Assembly: GCA_021776095.1 (NCBI GenBank)
Contig: JAJFGO010000092.1
Coordinates: 3,188-67,187, forward strand
DNA from: Kiloniellaceae bacterium
Lineage (GTDB): Bacteria; Pseudomonadota; Alphaproteobacteria; Kiloniellales; J153
Length of the DNA stretch: 64,000 bases
Reading direction: 5' to 3'
Shown here: positions 13,197 through 24,376 of the stretch, piece after piece
Layout of the letters: each line of letters starts with the position of its first letter
Numbering within the stretch: position 1 is the stretch's first letter
Translations under genes and position numbers: made by a program
Notes under the pieces: model-generated
The model's input: only the letters and a program-made list of their open reading frames with translations
Told to the model about the DNA's origin: nothing
Database searches by the model: none

Positions 13197-13434
13197 CTTA
13201 AGGCTCCATGGTCTCGTCTGTATCAGCCACTCGGCCGCCAGTCGCGGATGGCCTGCGGGGCGGCTGGTTTCGGCAAGACTATAAGAGGAAGACCCGCCGG
13301 TCTCAAGCCAGGCCAGGGCACCGAGGCTTGGGACAAAGGGTTCAGGGACTGGCTAACCGAGGGATCGGTGACTCGAGAGGCCGAGAGCCCAGCCCGGCCG
13401 GGTTTTGCGACGACGGTCGCGGTGCCGGTTTGGC

Positions 13435-14400
13435 TTAGAGCGGGGCCGCCACGGCACGGGCCGGCGGCGTCAAGGCACCGGCACTCTGGGGCAGATCCGC
13501 CACGGTCATGTCGCGCAACCGCCAGGCATCGCGATCCGCGAACAGGGTTTGCAGCAGCCGCAGGGTCAGCGCGTGCCCGGCACGGAAGCCCCGGGTAACG
13601 CCGATTACCGGACCGCCGGCCAAGAATAAGTCGCCGATCAAATCCAGCACCTTATGGCGAACGAACTCGTTCTCGTAGCGCAGGCCGCCGGAATTCAAAA
13701 CCTGATCGCCGCTGATGACGATCGCATTGTCGAGTGAGCCGCCGCGCGCCAGGCCCATGGACCGCATGCGGTCAACCTCGTGCAGGAAACCAAAGGTCCG
13801 GGCCCGCGCGATATCGCGCTTGTAAGCGCCTTCGTCGACATGCATGGACCAGGTCTGACGGGCCACAACCGGGCTATCGAAATCGATTTCGAAGTCGATC
13901 GACATATCGCTGCCGGGTCGGAACGACGCCGAGCGATCCGGTTCCGAAACGTCCACTTCCTTCAAGACCTCGATCACCCGCCGGGGCGCGTTTTGCTTTA
14001 CCACGCCAGCGCATTCAATCAGGAAAACGAAGGGTGCCGCGCTGCCGTCCATTGCCGGCACTTCCGGCCCGTCGAGCTCAACCTCGGCATTGTCGATGCC
14101 ACAGCCCAACAAGGCCGACATCAGGTGTTCGATGGTCGCGATCTTTTCACCGTCCGCGCCATGGACCAGCGTGGTACACAAAGGCGTCTCGATGGCGTAT
14201 TGCCAAGTCGCCGGGATCTCGATCGGGCCGCCCGGCAATCCGGTGCGGCGAAACACAATGCCGCTGTTCGGCGCGCCGGGGTACAGGGTCATGTTGACCT
14301 TCACGCCGCTGTGCAATCCGATCCCGGAACAATGGATCGCATTCTTCAGGGTTCTCTGGCGGATTGTGTGGCCGCTCGAATGATCTTGCATTAATTTCAT
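13435..14400 (-). CDS. lpxC: UDP-3-O-acyl-N-acetylglucosamine deacetylase
   Basis: MKLMQD..RQRTLKNAIHCSGIGLHSG.. N-terminus, plus the HLMSAL and HEFVRHKVLDLIGDL motifs. ATG 14400 is preferred over the track start at 14454. Confidence 0.93.
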   Translation of the reverse strand: MKLMQDHSSGHTIRQRTLKNAIHCSGIGLHSGVKVNMTLYPGAPNSGIVFRRTGLPGGPIEIPATWQYAIETPLCTTLVHGADGEKIATIEHLMSALLGCGIDNAEVELDGPEVPAMDGSAAPFVFLIECAGVVKQNAPRRVIEVLKEVDVSEPDRSASFRPGSDMSIDFEIDFDSPVVARQTWSMHVDEGAYKRDIARARTFGFLHEVDRMRSMGLARGGSLDNAIVISGDQVLNSGGLRYENEFVRHKVLDLIGDLFLAGGPVIGVTRGFRAGHALTLRLLQTLFADRDAWRLRDMTVADLPQSAGALTPPARAVAAPL

Positions 14401-14638
14401 CGTCTCACTTCCGCCCAATGGTTTTACGGGCTGAAAACGAGACTCCAGGCTCAACGTCGAGGCCCCGTGGCTAACGCCCGGACCGAACGGATGCAGAGCA
14501 GGAATCCCCCAAAAAAAAGAACGCGAACAGATAGTGTTGGACCGATAATGTAGTTGGCTTCGGTGAAGCCATCAAATCACTGATTGTTACAGTATATTTC
14601 GCACGTGGCCTTGGTTTACGGCCTATTAAGCAAGATTC

Positions 14639-14675
14639 GCCGCCCGGGGATTTCGAGGGGCATTCCCCGGGCGGC
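14639..14675 (-). terminator. GC-rich hairpin downstream of ftsZ
   Basis: Perfect 12-bp inverted repeat GCCGCCCGGGGA...TCCCCGGGCGGC ~40 nt after the ftsZ stop. There is only a weak U-tract on the minus strand. Confidence 0.45.
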
Positions 14676-14713
14676 CGAACCTTGAGCGGCAGTTTAGGTG
14701 CCGTCGAGCCGTG

Positions 14714-16459
14714 CTAGTTCGCCTGACGGCGAAGGAACGCCGGAATGTCCAAAAGTTCCTCCTCGTCGCGCCGGCTATCTGCGGCGCTCGGGTTGTCGAG
14801 CCCGCTCAGACTGGTTTGCGCGGTGGGTTGCGCCGCCGGCTGGGCCGGCGTGCTCGGGCCGCGCCGGGCATCCCGGTGGTCCTCCGTCAGGCTAGGCTCG
14901 CTTCGCGGCGTTTCGCGCGGCTCACTGGACTGCGCGGCCGAGGACAGGGCCCTGGCCGCGTTTTCAGTGAAATTGGCGAACAACCGTTGAGCCTTCTTGC
15001 GGTCGAAACCCAGGCTTGGCCGGTCGACGCCCGGGGGCAAGGAGCCATTGGAGACCGCCGCCGCGGCGAAGGGGTCCGCCGCCTGGGGCGCCACCGATTC
15101 GGCCTCCGCATCCGCCTGGACCGGCTCCGGTGCGATGAAGCCCCGCTCCCGGCGTGCGGCTTCCGACGGTCCGGCCCGTTCGGCGGATTCCGGGGCGCCT
15201 TGCGAAGCCGCCTGGGAGTACGCGAACAAGCGGTTCGCGTGCGGATTCTCCGCGACCTCCGGCTCAGGCTGAGCCTCGGGCTCGTCGACCGCCACCACCG
15301 GGTCGCCCGCTGCCTGGGCCTGGTCTAGGATCTCGGGGGCGGCGTCATAGGCGGTATCGTAGGCCGTGGCCGTGCTGACCGCGGCCGTGGCCCCGCCCGC
15401 TCGACCCAGGCCGGACCCGCCGGACTGGGACACACTTCGATTCGACACCAGGCTGAGCGGTTGCGGCGCCGGCTGCGGCGCCGAGGCCATCTCCGCCTCG
15501 ATCCCGGTGGCCACGACCGAAACCCGCATGCGGCCTTCCAGGCTTTGGTCGAAGATCGCGCCAAAGATGATATTGGCGTCCGGGTCGACCTCGTCGCGGA
15601 TCCGGTTGGCGGCCTCGTCGACCTCGAACAGGGTCAAGTCCATGCCGCCCGAGATGTTGATCAGGACGCCACGCGCGCCCTTCATGGATACCTCGTCCAG
15701 CAAAGGGTTCGAGATTGCGGCCTCGGCGGCGCTCAGGGCACGGCTGTCGCCCTCTGCCTCGCCAGTGCCCATCATGGCCTTGCCCATCTCGGTCATGACC
15801 GAGCGAATGTCGGCGAAGTCCAGGTTGATCAAACCCGGCATGACCATGAGGTCGGTCACGCCGCGAACCCCCGAACGCAGTACGTCATCGGCCATCTTGA
15901 AGGCGTCTGCAAAGGTCGTCTTCTCGTTGGCAACCCGGAACAAATTCTGGTTCGGGATCACGATCAGGGTATCGACGTATTGGGTCATTTCCGAGATGCC
16001 GGCTTCGGCCATGCGCATACGGTGCACGCCCTCGAACTGGAACGGCTTGGTCACCACGCCGACAGTCAGGATACCGGCCTCGCGGCTGGCTCGGGCGATG
16101 ACGGGTGCCGCACCGGTGCCGGTGCCGCCGCCCATGCCCGCGGTGATGAACACCATGTTGGCACCGTCCAGCTCGGCCAGGATATCGTCGAGCTGCTCTT
16201 CCGCCGCCGCCCGGCCAATATCCGGGCGCGACCCGGCGCCGAGGCCTTGCGTGATGCTACGGCCCATCTGGATGCGGCGTTCGCACAACGACAGGCCCAA
16301 GGCTTGGGCGTCGGTGTTCGCGATCAAGAAGTCGACGCCTTCGACGTTCGACTGGATCATGTTGTTGACCGCGTTGCCGCCGGCGCCGCCAACCCCGATC
16401 ACGGTTATCTTGGGTGCTAAGTTGTTCTCTAACTTGGGTACACTTAAATTCAAGGTCAT
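14714..16459 (-). CDS. ftsZ: cell division protein FtsZ
   Basis: Has the tubulin signature [11 protein letters not shown], a long Pro/Ala/Gln-rich linker and the conserved C-terminal peptide [14 protein letters not shown] 16459 has a strong SD (ggaggagg). Confidence 0.97.
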   Translation of the reverse strand: MTLNLSVPKLENNLAPKITVIGVGGAGGNAVNNMIQSNVEGVDFLIANTDAQALGLSLCERRIQMGRSITQGLGAGSRPDIGRAAAEEQLDDILAELDGANMVFITAGMGGGTGTGAAPVIARASREAGILTVGVVTKPFQFEGVHRMRMAEAGISEMTQYVDTLIVIPNQNLFRVANEKTTFADAFKMADDVLRSGVRGVTDLMVMPGLINLDFADIRSVMTEMGKAMMGTGEAEGDSRALSAAEAAISNPLLDEVSMKGARGVLINISGGMDLTLFEVDEAANRIRDEVDPDANIIFGAIFDQSLEGRMRVSVVATGIEAEMASAPQPAPQPLSLVSNRSVSQSGGSGLGRAGGATAAVSTATAYDTAYDAAPEILDQAQAAGDPVVAVDEPEAQPEPEVAENPHANRLFAYSQAASQGAPESAERAGPSEAARRERGFIAPEPVQADAEAESVAPQAADPFAAAAVSNGSLPPGVDRPSLGFDRKKAQRLFANFTENAARALSSAAQSSEPRETPRSEPSLTEDHRDARRGPSTPAQPAAQPTAQTSLSGLDNPSAADSRRDEEELLDIPAFLRRQAN

Positions 16460-16553
16460 GACCTCCTCCATTGCCCCTCTAGATGGATAGTGCGTGTCAC
16501 TAGACTCAACCAAGGCGTTGCTCCGATCCGGCCGAAGCGTCCGTAACTCGTCT

Positions 16554-17861
16554 TCAAAAGTGTTCTCGTAACCAGTGGCCGACCCGGCCCAGCAACCCGT
16601 TGGATATGCTCGGCAGGGTTTCCGATTCGCCGGACGTGGCCGGTTCCTCGGCGGCGCCGTAAATCAACAATCCCGCGCAGGCCGCGTAGGCCGGGCCCGC
16701 AGTCGCCTCGGCCAGGCCATCGACCCGAGTCGGCCGGCCGACGCGCAGCTGTTTGTCCAGAACCAGCCCGCCGAGTTCGCGAGTGCCGGGCAGCAACGAG
16801 GCACCGCCGGTCAAGACCACGCGACGACCGCCCAGTTTGTCGAAGCCGCTGGCCTCCAGGTGCGAGCGCACCAATTCGAAGGTTTCCTCCAGGCGCGGCT
16901 GAATGATGCCGACCAGCAGTGAGCGCGGCACCTGACGGGCGTTCTTGTCGTCGTCCTCGCCGACCTGTGGCACGTCGATCATCTCGCGTTCGTCGGCGTC
17001 GGTCGCCATGGCATGGCCGTAAAGCGTCTTCAGGCGCTCGGCGTGGGTCAAGGTGGTCGAGAGACCGCGCGCGATATCCTTGGTCACGTGATTGCCGCCG
17101 ACCGGCACCACGTCGGTATAGACCACGCTGCCCTCATAGAAGACCGCAATGCTGGTCATGCCGCCGCCCATGTCGATCACGGTGACACCAAGTTCGAATT
17201 CGTCGTCGGCCAGGGACGCCATGCCCGAGGCATAGGGCGCGACCACGTATCCCGCGACGTCCAGGTGGCAGCGCCGGACACAGGTGGTTAGATTGCGCAC
17301 CGCGCCGGTCGCGGCGGTCACGAAGTGAATGTTGACGCCCAGTTGATCGCCGAACATACCGCGCGGGTCGCGAATACCGCGGTTGCCGTCGATGGTGTAG
17401 GCGGTCGGAATCGAATGGATCATCTGACGGCCATTGTCGCTTTGCCGCAGCTCGTCCGGCGGCACGGTGCCGTGCCCGTTCAGGCCGTGGGTCTGATGAC
17501 AATGCTCGAACGCCCGACGCAGGTCGCTGTCGCCGACCTCGTGACCGTTCAGCGCGATCTGCACGCCGACCGAACTCGACGCCGGATGCCCGCCGGCCAG
17601 GCTGACCACCACCCGGTCGATGGTGTGCCCGGCCATTTGCTCGGCGGCGTGGACCGCGTTGAGAATCGTTGCCTCGGCCGCGGCCATGTCGACCACGGTG
17701 CCGTTCTTGATCCCGCGGCTGGCTTGCTGACCGATACCAATCACCCGGGGCCGCTCGCCGTCCTCGGCGCGCGCGATAAAGCAACACACCTTGCTGCAGC
17801 CGATATCGAGCGCGGCGACCAAGCCGCCCTTAGTCCTGGTCAGACTCTTCGTCAGTTTCAT
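16554..17861 (-). CDS. ftsA: cell division protein FtsA
   Basis: Actin-like ATPase fold ([22 protein letters not shown]) in the position between ftsQ and ftsZ. Confidence 0.95.
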   Translation of the reverse strand: MKLTKSLTRTKGGLVAALDIGCSKVCCFIARAEDGERPRVIGIGQQASRGIKNGTVVDMAAAEATILNAVHAAEQMAGHTIDRVVVSLAGGHPASSSVGVQIALNGHEVGDSDLRRAFEHCHQTHGLNGHGTVPPDELRQSDNGRQMIHSIPTAYTIDGNRGIRDPRGMFGDQLGVNIHFVTAATGAVRNLTTCVRRCHLDVAGYVVAPYASGMASLADDEFELGVTVIDMGGGMTSIAVFYEGSVVYTDVVPVGGNHVTKDIARGLSTTLTHAERLKTLYGHAMATDADEREMIDVPQVGEDDDKNARQVPRSLLVGIIQPRLEETFELVRSHLEASGFDKLGGRRVVLTGGASLLPGTRELGGLVLDKQLRVGRPTRVDGLAEATAGPAYAACAGLLIYGAAEEPATSGESETLPSISNGLLGRVGHWLREHF

Positions 17862-17922
17862 CGCTCCCGATCCGAAATGCGGCCTATTGCCGATACCATC
17901 ACCAAATCTCTTGGCCTCATCC

Positions 17923-18807
17923 TCAAGTGTCCTCGCCGCCGACCTGCGGCTTGACGCCGGGCGCCGTGCGCACCACCAGGCGGTCGGGCATGCGCAGATC
18001 GATAGCGATCACGTCGCGCTCCAGAACGCCGTGCTCGCGCTGCATCCGGGCCAACTCCGCCCAGGCCGCTGTCGGGTCGTCTTCCGGCAGACGGATATCG
18101 ATCCCGCCATCCAGGCGCACGTTCCAACGGCGGCCGCGAACCAAGACCGCCGCCGCGACACGCGGACGCAAATCCGGCTCGCTTTCCAGCAGAGCGACCA
18201 AGCCCAGGGCATGGCGCGGCGCGTCCTCGCCGACCAAGAGCGGCAGCGACGCGAAGGCCTCGGGCGGGGCATCCCGTACGATCTCGCCGCGTTCGTCGAT
18301 GACCGCCAGCTTGCCGTCCCTTTGCCATAGGGCGAGCGGGATCCGTTCGACCAAACGCACGAAGATCACACCGGGCAGGCGCCGCTCGACCTCCGCTTTG
18401 CGGACCCAGGGCAAGGCTTCCAGTTCTTTCCTGGCTTGGTGCGGATTGAAACTCAGGATCGGCGCACCCCGGCCGACCCGCAGAGTGCCCAGAATTTGGC
18501 TGCGCGCGGTGCGATTGCGGCCCTCGACCAGAACATCCTCGACCCGCAAGCCGGCCTCGGCGGTGGCACTCAGGGCTTGGTGCGCCAACCAATCGGCTTG
18601 CCGGTCGATCCAGCCGCTCGACCATAGGCCGATTAGGCTGCCCAGGCTCAAGGCCGCCAGGGCGCTGACCGCGACCCGCCGGCGCAGGCGCCAATCGGCG
18701 CCGCGGTGCACGGTCCGGCGGCGGCTGGGCTTGGCGGCACCGCGCTTCTTCGATGCGCGCCGTTTGGTGTCGGTGCGCCAGGGGGCGAAAAACCCTAAGA
18801 GTCGCAT
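17923..18807 (-). CDS. ftsQ: cell division protein FtsQ
   Basis: Basic N-terminus, a single TM (VAVSALAALSLGSLIGLW), then POTRA/FtsQ-type domains. ATG 18807 overlaps the ddl 3' end by 13 nt. The track start at 18999 is an extension. Confidence 0.85.
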   Translation of the reverse strand: MRLLGFFAPWRTDTKRRASKKRGAAKPSRRRTVHRGADWRLRRRVAVSALAALSLGSLIGLWSSGWIDRQADWLAHQALSATAEAGLRVEDVLVEGRNRTARSQILGTLRVGRGAPILSFNPHQARKELEALPWVRKAEVERRLPGVIFVRLVERIPLALWQRDGKLAVIDERGEIVRDAPPEAFASLPLLVGEDAPRHALGLVALLESEPDLRPRVAAAVLVRGRRWNVRLDGGIDIRLPEDDPTAAWAELARMQREHGVLERDVIAIDLRMPDRLVVRTAPGVKPQVGGEDT

Positions 18808-19727
18808 GAGGCGTTCTCCACCATCCAGCTGCACAACTCGGCAAACGACATGCCCAGATGGGCGGCTTGTTCCGGAACCAAACTCAGCGGCGTCATGCCC
18901 GGCTGGGTGTTGACCTCGAGGAAGTAGAGATCGCCGGCCGCGCCGTTCTTCGTGTTGGTATCGTCGTAGCGGAAATCCGACCGCGAAACGCCACGGCACC
19001 CCAGGGTCTGGTGCGCGGCGTGCGCGCCGTCCAGGGCGGCCTTGGTAATCGCGTCGGGGATCGGGGCCGGGATCAGATGCTCGGCCCGCCCGTCGGTGTA
19101 CTTGGCCTGATAATCGTAAAAGCCCTCGCGCGTCTTGATTTCGGTGACCGCGAGCGCCCGCTCGCCCATGACGCTGACGGAGAGTTCGCGCCCGGGTATG
19201 AAGCGCTCGACCAGAAGGTCTTGATCGTCGGTCCAGTCCATGCCGTCCAGGACCGAACGATTGTCGCCCTCGCGCATGATGCGCACACCGACGCTGGACC
19301 CCTCCTTAAGCGGCTTGACCACATAGGGCAACGCCATGACCTCGCCTTGGGCCAGGTCCGCGCGCCGGACGATTTTGCCTTCGGGCGACGTGACGCCGCG
19401 CGCCGCGACCAGATGCTTGGTCATCTGTTTGTTCATGGCCAGAGCCGAGGCCATGACTCCCGAATGGGTGTAAGGCAGCCGCAGGAGTTCGAGCAGGCCC
19501 TGCACGCAACCGTCCTCACCCCAGCGGCCATGCAAAGCGTTGAACACCACATCGGGTTTCGGCTTGGCCAGGGCTTTCAGCAAGCCGCCGATATCGCTGG
19601 TCACGTCGATTTCCCGCACCTGGTAACCGGCTTCGCGCAAGGCCCCGGCACAGGCCGCGCCGCTGACCAGCGAGACCTCCCGCTCGACCGAGGTTCCCCC
19701 CTTAAGCACGGCGACCTGCTGGCTCAT
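18795..19727 (-). CDS. ddl: D-alanine--D-alanine ligase
   Basis: ATP-grasp Ddl motifs (VFNALHGRWGEDG, PYVVKP, FLEVNTQPGMT). ATG 19727 overlaps the murB stop as ATGA. Confidence 0.95.
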   Translation of the reverse strand: MSQQVAVLKGGTSVEREVSLVSGAACAGALREAGYQVREIDVTSDIGGLLKALAKPKPDVVFNALHGRWGEDGCVQGLLELLRLPYTHSGVMASALAMNKQMTKHLVAARGVTSPEGKIVRRADLAQGEVMALPYVVKPLKEGSSVGVRIMREGDNRSVLDGMDWTDDQDLLVERFIPGRELSVSVMGERALAVTEIKTREGFYDYQAKYTDGRAEHLIPAPIPDAITKAALDGAHAAHQTLGCRGVSRSDFRYDDTNTKNGAAGDLYFLEVNTQPGMTPLSLVPEQAAHLGMSFAELCSWMVENASCDS

Positions 19728-20674
19728 AGAGCCCCTCCCCAATGGCGCGGAACGCTGGGCAAGCCGATGCGGCGGATTTCCCATTCCAGGCTGATGCCAC
19801 TGGCCTCAAAGACCCGCGTCCGAATTTCTTCGCCGAGGGATTCCAGGTCGGCCGCGCAGGCATCGCCGGTGTTGATCAGGAAATTGCAATGCTGTTCGGA
19901 GACCATGGCGCCGCCGCGCCGCAGGCCCCGGCAACCGGCCTTGTCGATCAGCTCCCAAGCCTTGAGGCCGGGCGGATTCTTGAAAGTCGAGCCGCCGGTC
20001 CGGGTCCGGATCGGCTGGCTGCTGCCGCGCGTCACCTGGATTTCGGCCATGCGTTGGGCGATGGCATCCGGGTCGCCCGGTTCGCCGCGCAGCCGCGCCC
20101 GAACGAAGACCCAATCGCAAGGCAGGGTCGATTTGCGGTAGGCCATGCCCAATTCGCCGGCCTTGAGAACATGGACCTGTCCGCGCGGGTCGAGCGCCCA
20201 GGCCTCGACCAGAACGTCCTTAGTCTCGCGGTTATACGCGCCGGCATTCATACGCAGCGCGCCGCCGATCGTGCCGGGCACGCCGCACAGGTATTCCAGC
20301 CCCGCGATTCCGGCATCGCGCGCCACGGCGGCCACGTTCAAATCCAGGCAGGCCGCGCCGCAGACGATATCCCCGCCCTCGACCACGATATCGGCGAACG
20401 CGCGACCGAGGCGGATAACGACGCCGGGCACGCCGCCGTCCCGGACCAAGAGGTTGGAGCCCACGCCGATGACCGTGACCGGCACGTCGGTAGGCTTTTC
20501 CCGCAGGAAATGCGACAGGTCCTCAATATCGGCCGGGCGAAACATGACCTCGGCGGGGCCGCCGACGCGGAACCACGTAATCCCAGCTAGCGCGGCCTGC
20601 TCGCGGTAGCGGCCGCGGATTGCGGGCAGCCGGTCGATCAAATCGGTTTCCTTGCGTTCGGCCATGGCCATCAT
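19724..20674 (-). CDS. murB: UDP-N-acetylenolpyruvoylglucosamine reductase
   Basis: FAD-binding PCMH domain ([22 protein letters not shown]) and a MurB C-terminal domain (GSTFKNP). ATG 20674 overlaps the murC stop as ATGA. Confidence 0.93.
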   Translation of the reverse strand: MMAMAERKETDLIDRLPAIRGRYREQAALAGITWFRVGGPAEVMFRPADIEDLSHFLREKPTDVPVTVIGVGSNLLVRDGGVPGVVIRLGRAFADIVVEGGDIVCGAACLDLNVAAVARDAGIAGLEYLCGVPGTIGGALRMNAGAYNRETKDVLVEAWALDPRGQVHVLKAGELGMAYRKSTLPCDWVFVRARLRGEPGDPDAIAQRMAEIQVTRGSSQPIRTRTGGSTFKNPPGLKAWELIDKAGCRGLRRGGAMVSEQHCNFLINTGDACAADLESLGEEIRTRVFEASGISLEWEIRRIGLPSVPRHWGGAL

Positions 20675-22113
20675 CGCCCGGGCCCCGCGGTTTTCGGGCC
20701 GCGGGCCGCGATGGTTTCTTCCAGCTCGCCCGGCAGATCGTGGGCCCAGGCCGTGATGTTGCCCGCACCCAGGCAAATGACGTAGTCGTCCTCGCCGGCC
20801 AGTTCGGAAATGAGCGGCGCCAGCAGGGCCCGGTCGGTCAGGGCTGTCACGTTGCGGTGGCCGCGCGCGCGCATACCTTCGACCAGGCCATCCCGGTCGG
20901 CGCCTTCGATCGGCGTCTCGCCGGCGGCGTAGACGTCCGCAACGACCACATGATCGGCATCGTTGAAGCAGGCGCAGAATTCCTCAAACAAGTCGGCTAG
21001 GCGGCTGTAGCGATGCGGTTGCACAACTGCGATGACCTTGCCATCGGCAGCCTGGCGCGCCGCCTTCAGGACCGCCGAGATTTCGACCGGATGATGGCCA
21101 TAATCGTCGATGATGGTGATCCCGCGCACCTCGCCGGTCTTGGTGAAGCGCCGCTTGACCCCGGCAAAGTTGGCCAGGGAGGTGAGGATCTTCTCGTCCG
21201 GCACACCGATTTCCCGCGCGACGGCGATCGCAGCCAAAGCGTTCAGCACATTGTGTTCGCCCGCCATGGGCAACTTGACGCCCTCGATCCTTTTGCGCTC
21301 CCCATCGAGATGCCCGCCGACTTCGATACAGAAGTGCTGGGCACCGCCGGCGGCGGAAAGCTCAATCGCCCGCACGTCGGCCTGCGGATTGAAACCGTAA
21401 GTGACGATGCGCCGGTTATCGATCCGACCGATCAGGGTCTGCACGGCGGGATGGTCGATGCACAGCACCGCCAGGCCATAGAACGGAATGTTCTCGACGA
21501 AGGCCTCGAAGGCATCGTGCAACGCATCCAACGAGCCATAGAATTCCATGTGCTCCGGATCGATGTTGGTGACCACGGCGATGGTTGCCGGCAGCTTGAC
21601 GAAACTGCCGTCGCTTTCGTCAGCCTCGACCACCATCCATTCGCCCTGACCCAGGCGCGCGTTGGTGCCGTAGGCATTCACGATGCCGCCGATGATCACC
21701 GTCGGATCGATTCCGCCGCCGTCGAGCAGCGCGGCGATCAGCGACGTGGTCGTGGTCTTGCCGTGGGTGCCGCCGACCGCCACGGCCCACTTGAGGCGCA
21801 TCAGCTCGCCCAGCATCTCGGCCCGGCGCACGATGGGAACCAGACGCGCGCGGGCGGCGGCGACTTCGGGGTTGTCGGCCTTGACCGCGGATGACACGAC
21901 CACGGCCTGGACGTGATCCACGTTCTCGGCCTTGTGCCCGATGGCGATAGAAATGCCCATGTCGCGCAGGCGCTGAACGTTCGGGTTCTCGGACAGATCG
22001 CTGCCCTGAACCTTGTAGTCCAGACTGTGCAGGATCTCGGCGATGCCGCTCATGCCGATGCCGCCGATACCGACGAAGTGGATCGTGCCGATGTTTAGGG
22101 GCAGGCGTCTCAT
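20671..22113 (-). CDS. murC: UDP-N-acetylmuramate--L-alanine ligase
   Basis: [19 protein letters not shown]-terminus and the Mur ligase P-loop [11 protein letters not shown]. Confidence 0.96.
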   Translation of the reverse strand: MRRLPLNIGTIHFVGIGGIGMSGIAEILHSLDYKVQGSDLSENPNVQRLRDMGISIAIGHKAENVDHVQAVVVSSAVKADNPEVAAARARLVPIVRRAEMLGELMRLKWAVAVGGTHGKTTTTSLIAALLDGGGIDPTVIIGGIVNAYGTNARLGQGEWMVVEADESDGSFVKLPATIAVVTNIDPEHMEFYGSLDALHDAFEAFVENIPFYGLAVLCIDHPAVQTLIGRIDNRRIVTYGFNPQADVRAIELSAAGGAQHFCIEVGGHLDGERKRIEGVKLPMAGEHNVLNALAAIAVAREIGVPDEKILTSLANFAGVKRRFTKTGEVRGITIIDDYGHHPVEISAVLKAARQAADGKVIAVVQPHRYSRLADLFEEFCACFNDADHVVVADVYAAGETPIEGADRDGLVEGMRARGHRNVTALTDRALLAPLISELAGEDDYVICLGAGNITAWAHDLPGELEETIAARGPKTAGPGR

Positions 22114-23252
22114 GCGGCCTCTCCTCGGTCCCGCTGGGCGTCGCCGTTGCGATCGCCCTGCGCACAGACCACGTCGGCCAGAGCCTGGGCGGCATCGTCA
22201 TGAGCGCCGGCGCGGGCGCAGCGCGAGGCCTTGGCTAAAAGGGCCGGATTCGACAGCAGCGAAGACAGCCGCTCGGCCAGGTAAGGGGCGCTCAAGGCGC
22301 TTTGAGGAATCAGCCAGCCGCCGCCCACTTCGACCAAGCGCCGCGCATTCGCGCTTTGATGGTCGTCGGTGGCCGTGGGATAGGGCACCATCATGCCCGG
22401 CCGGCCGGCCGACGCCAATTCGGTCACGGTCGAGGCCCCGGCCCGGCAAATCACCAGGTGAGCGGCGCCCAGGCGATCCGCCATGTCGTCGAAATAGGCG
22501 CGCAGATCGTGGCGTATGCCGCCGGCCTTATAGGCCTCGCCGATGCGTTCCAGTTCCGGGCCGCGCACTTGCTGAGAGATGTGAATCCGGTCCCGCAGGG
22601 CCTGCGGCAGACGGCACAGGGCGTCCGGCACTACCTCGTTGAATACGCTGGCACCCTGACTGCCGCCGGTCACCAGCAGACGGATCTCATCGGTCTCGTC
22701 GGGCAGGGCATAGGGCCGACGGCCCAAGGCCGCAATTGCCGGCCGGACCGGGTTTCCAGTGACCCGGACCTTGGCGGCCGAGGACGCCGGAATACCGTCC
22801 ACCTTGGCAAAGGAAACCGCCAGTGTGTCGGCTCGCCCGGCCAGCAGCCGGTTGGCGCGGCCCAGCACGGCGTTCTGTTCGTGCAGCACGATCCGCAAGC
22901 CGAGTTGCGACCCGGCCATCACCGTCGGCACCGAGGGGTACCCGCCGAAGCCGACCACGCAATCGCCCCGATAGGCCTTGATGCACCTGCGTGCCTGCAA
23001 GAAACCCAAGCCCAGGCGCATTAGATTCGCCGCCTTGCCCAGGGGACCGCGCCCGGCCATGCCGCCGGCGCTGATCCGATGGGTTTCGATTTCGGGCAAC
23101 TCGGGGCCGAAACCGCCGCCACGCCGATCCGTGACAAGGGCGACGCCGAGCCCGCGCGACAGCAACTCGCGCGCCAAGGCCTGAGCCGGGAACATGTGAC
23201 CCCCGGTGCCACCGGCAGCCAGGACAATGCGGTTGGGAGCCCGGGCGGTCAT
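22110..23252 (-). CDS. murG: UDP-N-acetylglucosamine--N-acetylmuramyl-(pentapeptide)-undecaprenol GlcNAc transferase
   Basis: The C-terminal 380 aa of track ORF 22110..24641 begin [23 protein letters not shown] (G-loop). ATG 23252 overlaps the ftsW stop as ATGA. Confidence 0.95.
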   Translation of the reverse strand: MTARAPNRIVLAAGGTGGHMFPAQALARELLSRGLGVALVTDRRGGGFGPELPEIETHRISAGGMAGRGPLGKAANLMRLGLGFLQARRCIKAYRGDCVVGFGGYPSVPTVMAGSQLGLRIVLHEQNAVLGRANRLLAGRADTLAVSFAKVDGIPASSAAKVRVTGNPVRPAIAALGRRPYALPDETDEIRLLVTGGSQGASVFNEVVPDALCRLPQALRDRIHISQQVRGPELERIGEAYKAGGIRHDLRAYFDDMADRLGAAHLVICRAGASTVTELASAGRPGMMVPYPTATDDHQSANARRLVEVGGGWLIPQSALSAPYLAERLSSLLSNPALLAKASRCARAGAHDDAAQALADVVCAQGDRNGDAQRDRGEAA

Positions 23253-24376
23253 ATAGTTTCCCCCGGTACGGCGCGCCGCCGGGTTAGCGCCAAGACCATG
23301 CCCATGCCGAGCGCAAGCGCCAGGATAGAGGAACCGCCATAGCTGATGAAGGGCAGGGTCATGCCCTTGGTCGGTATAAGATGCAGGGTCGAGCCCATGT
23401 TGATCAGGGCCTGCAGCCCGAACTGGCCGAGCAACCCGGTACCGGCCAAGAGAATGAATAGATTGTCTTCCTGCAACAGATTGGCGAAACCGCGCAGCAC
23501 GATAAAGGCGAAGAGGCCGAGGATCACCAGGCAGGCGATCACACCAAGCTCCTCGCCGGCCACGGCGAAGATGAAATCGGAGTGGGCGTCGGGCAGGTGC
23601 GCCTTGACGCTGCCTTCGCCGGGGCCGCGACCCAAGAGACCGCCCTTGGTAAAGGCCTCCATGGAACGTTCGATCTGATAGCGGTTGCCGGCGTCGGCGT
23701 CCAAGAAGCCGTCGATCCGTGCCGTGAAATGGGGAAAGAAGAAATAGGCGCCGATCAGGCTGAGTGCGCCCAGGGCCGCCAGCAGACCGACCAGCGCCAA
23801 GGGCAGACCGGCCATGAAAAGCTGCAAACCCCAAATCGCGGTCACCACGAAGGTCTGCCCGACATCGGGTTCCGCGAGCAATAAGATGGCCACCACAAGC
23901 CATAGAACGGTCCCGATCCACTGGCCCGGGACTTCGCTGTTCGTCTTCTGACAGGCCAGCATCCAAGCCAAAGTGACCGCGAAGCAAGGTTTGACGAATT
24001 CGGACGCCTGAACCGAGAACCCGCCCAGGCTGAGCCAGCGGGTCGAGCCCTTGATCTCCGGCCCGACCATGAGAGTGGCGCTCAGCAGGACCAAGCACCC
24101 GGCCATTCCCAAGACCGCCAGGCGCCGCACACTGCGCACGTCGAGCAGCGAAATCGCGACCATGAGCGCCAGTGCCAAGATCAGGAAAACCATTTGACGC
24201 TGCGCCAACTGAAACGTGGCCAAGCCGCCGATCCGGGCGGCTGCGGCGGGCGAAACCGCCATGATGAGCACGGTGCCGAAGCCCATGAGCCCGATCAGCG
24301 CGGCCAGGGTCCAGCGGTCCACGGTCCACCACCAACGGCCCAGAATGCTCGTATCGGTGCGCGCGACATAGATCAT
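23249..24376 (-). CDS. ftsW: SEDS-family peptidoglycan glycosyltransferase FtsW
   Basis: Ten-TM SEDS protein (LPDAHSDFIFAVAGEELG, PTKGMTLPFISYGGSS) between murD and murG. ATG 24376 overlaps the murD stop as ATGA. Confidence 0.93.
   Translation of the reverse strand: MIYVARTDTSILGRWWWTVDRWTLAALIGLMGFGTVLIMAVSPAAAARIGGLATFQLAQRQMVFLILALALMVAISLLDVRSVRRLAVLGMAGCLVLLSATLMVGPEIKGSTRWLSLGGFSVQASEFVKPCFAVTLAWMLACQKTNSEVPGQWIGTVLWLVVAILLLAEPDVGQTFVVTAIWGLQLFMAGLPLALVGLLAALGALSLIGAYFFFPHFTARIDGFLDADAGNRYQIERSMEAFTKGGLLGRGPGEGSVKAHLPDAHSDFIFAVAGEELGVIACLVILGLFAFIVLRGFANLLQEDNLFILLAGTGLLGQFGLQALINMGSTLHLIPTKGMTLPFISYGGSSILALALGMGMVLALTRRRAVPGETI

Noticed and set aside
14714-15500. Low-complexity Pro/Ala/Gln/Ser-rich stretch at the 3' end of ftsZ
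   Set aside because: A long disordered linker before the conserved C-terminal peptide ([11 protein letters not shown]) is normal for alphaproteobacterial FtsZ. It is not a separate feature.
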